Positions 61,953 to 64,000 of a DNA stretch of 64,000 nucleotides are shown here, piece by piece. A program made the translations under genes and the position numbers. The notes below the pieces were generated by a model that was not told the DNA's origin, did no database searches, and worked only from the letters and a program-made list of their open reading frames with translations. The first letter of the stretch is position 1, and every line of letters begins with the position of its first letter. The DNA is from Spirochaetaceae bacterium. GTDB taxonomy: Bacteria; Spirochaetota; Spirochaetia; DSM-2461. Location of the stretch: NCBI GenBank assembly GCA_965224705.1, contig OZ245056.1:416001-480000 (forward strand), read 5' to 3'.

Positions 61953-62965
61953 AAACGCCCGTCTTAACTTTCTTCAACAATAAAGGAGGGGTTGGAAAAA
62001 CATCCCTCATTTATCATCTTGCGTGGATGTATTCGACCATCGGGAAAAAAGTTATAGTTGCCGATCTTGATCCTCAGGCAAATCTCACTGCGGCCTTCTT
62101 AAGCGAAGAAAGAATTGAGCAGCTTTGGGACGAGCAGGAGTTTGGCTCCACCATCTACCATTGCGTAAGACCTCTTACGGGTGTTGGTGATATTGTTGAA
62201 CCTGTATTGCAAAAAATAAATACCAACCTGTTTTTTGTCCCCGGCGATGTAAAACTGTCCGGATTCGAAGATGTCCTTTCCAGCGAGTGGCCTAATAGCA
62301 TGAGCGATAACAATCTTTATCGTCCCATGCGAATGCTCTCCTCTTTCTGGCAAGTCATGCAGATGGGCGCGAAGCAGATTAATGCCGATATCATTCTTGT
62401 CGACATTGGTCCCAATCTGGGAGCCATCAACCGTTCGGTATTAATTGCAACCAACTTTGTTGTCATTCCTCTCGGTGCGGATCTGTTTTCCCTGCAGGGA
62501 CTAAAAAACCTGGGCCCAACATTGGGTTCCTGGAAAGACCGGTGGAAAAAAAGATTGGATAACTGGCAAGGCAGTCGGGAATGTCGCAATTATACGGACT
62601 TCGAACTGCCCAAAGGAAAAATGCAGGTCATTGGTTATCTTTGTCAGCAGCATGGGGTTCGCCTCGCTCGCCCTGTTAAAGCCTATGAAAAATGGGTGAA
62701 CCGCATTCCGAAAGTCTATCGAGAAGCAGTTTTGAACCAACATAATCCCGAGTCTTTGAAGCAGGCGGAAGATCCATACTGCCTTGCTACCATCAAGCAC
62801 TATCGGAGTCTTATCCCAATGGGGCAAGAGCATCGCAAACCGATTTTTGAATTAACCGCTGCTGACGGCGCAATCGGCTCCCATGCGAACGCGGTTCAAG
62901 ATGCAAGAGAAGATTTTAAGGCCTTAGCAAAAAAAATTGCTAAAAAGATGGGCGTGGACACCTAA
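61949..62965 (+). CDS. ParA-family ATPase (orphan)
   Basis: FNNKGGVGKT, DLDPQANLT, DIGPNLGAIN; ATGA coupling. Confidence 0.9.
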   Translation: MKTPVLTFFNNKGGVGKTSLIYHLAWMYSTIGKKVIVADLDPQANLTAAFLSEERIEQLWDEQEFGSTIYHCVRPLTGVGDIVEPVLQKINTNLFFVPGDVKLSGFEDVLSSEWPNSMSDNNLYRPMRMLSSFWQVMQMGAKQINADIILVDIGPNLGAINRSVLIATNFVVIPLGADLFSLQGLKNLGPTLGSWKDRWKKRLDNWQGSRECRNYTDFELPKGKMQVIGYLCQQHGVRLARPVKAYEKWVNRIPKVYREAVLNQHNPESLKQAEDPYCLATIKHYRSLIPMGQEHRKPIFELTAADGAIGSHANAVQDAREDFKALAKKIAKKMGVDT

Positions 62966-62989
62966 GAAAAAAGAGTAATTCTGGCATAC

Positions 62990-63270
62990 TGATCTGTTCA
63001 GGGTGCTCTTCCCTGCCGATGGAGTTTTATCATCCCGTCCGCATATATATTGAAGCAGTGGATCATCGCGCAATCGTTCATGATCATTAAGATCTTCATA
63101 CTTTACAATGATTCTGCGGGATTTTCCGATTTCCAGCCCTTGCAATTCAAGCTGATGGGCTTTACACTCTGTATTATCAAAGCGGGCTTCTTTTCTTTTG
63201 TTATTTCTTTTCATGTAAATATTTTAACATGGGAAGCCTGCTTTGTATCAAGGTATTGGTGAGAAGTAGG
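62990..63270 (-). mobile_element. Second IS1380-family remnant with left end, internally deleted
   Basis: TECKAHQLELQG joined to YEDLNDHERLRDDPLL..AGKSTLNR (IS1380 motifs). Confidence 0.85.
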
Positions 63271-63581
63271 ATTTAGACCCTGAACTGCTGGAATCTGTAT
63301 ATGGGGCGGTGTTCGCCCAAATGCTGACGAAAAAAGGGTTGGTGATAGAACATCAGAGAGCCGTGCCGATTCACTATCAGGGAATGGTGTTGGATGAAGG
63401 CTTTCGACTCGATTTTCTGGTTGATAAAGAACTGATTGTAGAGCTTAAATCTATGGAAACACTTCACCCTGTCCACCCCAAACAATTCCAGACTTATCTG
63501 CGTTTGATGGATCTTCCGCTGGGACTGTTCCTTAACTTCGGTGCCTTGCCCAAAGTATCAACCACAAGGCTAGCCCTATGA
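63270..63581 (+). pseudogene. 3' part of the interrupted GxxExxY gene (probably chimeric C-terminus)
   Basis: DLDPELLESVYG..FRLDFLV..IVELKS..KQFQTYLRL..LNFG. Confidence 0.85.
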
Positions 63582-63583
63582 AT

Positions 63584-63610
63584 TTTCGTGTTTTTCGTGC
63601 CTTTCGTGGT
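63584..63610 (+). repeat. Triple 9-bp repeat arm (TTTCGTGTT TTTCGTGCC TTTCGTGGT)
   Basis: Directly after the stop of the GxxExxY 3' fragment. Confidence 0.8.
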
Positions 63611-63666
63611 AAAAAAATGAACACCGCCCTTTCATCTTCGCACCTCCAAAAACCGGAGAATTTCTA

Positions 63667-64000
63667 ATGAAACCACAGATTAACACCGATAGACACAGAT
63701 TTCTGTATAAAGAAGAAACGCACAAAATTATTGGATGTGCGTTTGAAGTGTTGAATACACTGGGGCATGGCTTGCTAGAAAAACCGTATGAAAATGCGCT
63801 GGTTGTAGAATTTCAGCAACAAGGTATTTCTTATGCTCAACAACCTCGATTCCCTGTGATCTATAAATCAGTGAATGTTGGTGAGTATATCCCTGACCTG
63901 ATTGTGTACGATAAAATCATTGTAGACACCAAAGCAATTGAATTAATCGGCAGCAACGAAAAAGCCCAGATAATCAACTACCTGAAAATCACCGGCCTTA
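63667..64000 (+). CDS. GxxExxY protein (PD-(D/E)xK nuclease fold), 3' end outside window
   Basis: Not in ORF track; GGAG RBS, MKPQINTDRHRFLYKEETHKIIGCAFEVLNTLGHGLLEKPYENAL...IPDLIV..IVDTK..QIINYLK. Confidence 0.92.
   Translation, partial: MKPQINTDRHRFLYKEETHKIIGCAFEVLNTLGHGLLEKPYENALVVEFQQQGISYAQQPRFPVIYKSVNVGEYIPDLIVYDKIIVDTKAIELIGSNEKAQIINYLKITGL
63671..63700 (+). repeat. Triple 10-bp repeat arm (AACCACAGAT TAACACCGAT AGACACAGAT)
   Basis: Inside the first codons of the GxxExxY gene. Confidence 0.85.

Noticed and set aside
61949..62965. ParA as evidence of a plasmid or partition system
   Set aside because: No parB, rep or parS-like site seen; the context is chromosomal housekeeping plus a defence island.
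59755..63700. Triple-repeat arms as CRISPR repeats or integron attC sites
   Set aside because: No spacers, no RYYYAAC/GTTRRRY boxes, no cas or intI gene in the window.

Overview
Bacterial chromosomal segment, probably from a free-living spirochaete (inferred from a two-domain Ndk, the bat operon, two ClpP paralogues and spirochaete-type hypothetical proteins). Bases 1-56,270 are mostly housekeeping and envelope genes: DUF58/transglutaminase/TPR genes, tRNA-Lys and tRNA-Leu upstream of tig-clpP-clpX-lon, an aldo/keto reductase, a membrane LuxR regulator, a GH1 glucosidase, era, clpP2-moxR-bat-smr, infA, OmpA/coiled-coil/Ser-Thr kinase genes, dtd, rlmB, ndk, an 8-gene TolC/RND locus with two Ig-like lipoproteins, LPP20/OmpA proteins, a degenerate GH2, pgi, pfk and a four-subunit 2-oxoacid:ferredoxin oxidoreductase. 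From about 56,870 to the end is a decaying type I restriction-modification/defence island. It holds an intact hsdM, an internally deleted rhuM, a single-TRD hsdS, a 16-codon prrC-like scar and several GxxExxY nuclease genes. It also holds a 3.2 kb insert bounded by IS1380 remnants, carrying a BREX-like DUF6079 fragment and an intact Schlafen(AlbA_2)-HATPase plus ParA pair. The most striking unexplained signal is that the GxxExxY genes are bordered by short triple-repeat arms (8-, 9- or 10-bp period, inverted where both arms survive), which suggests an uncharacterised class of mobile cassette. All family calls come from motif recognition by eye; no database search was run.
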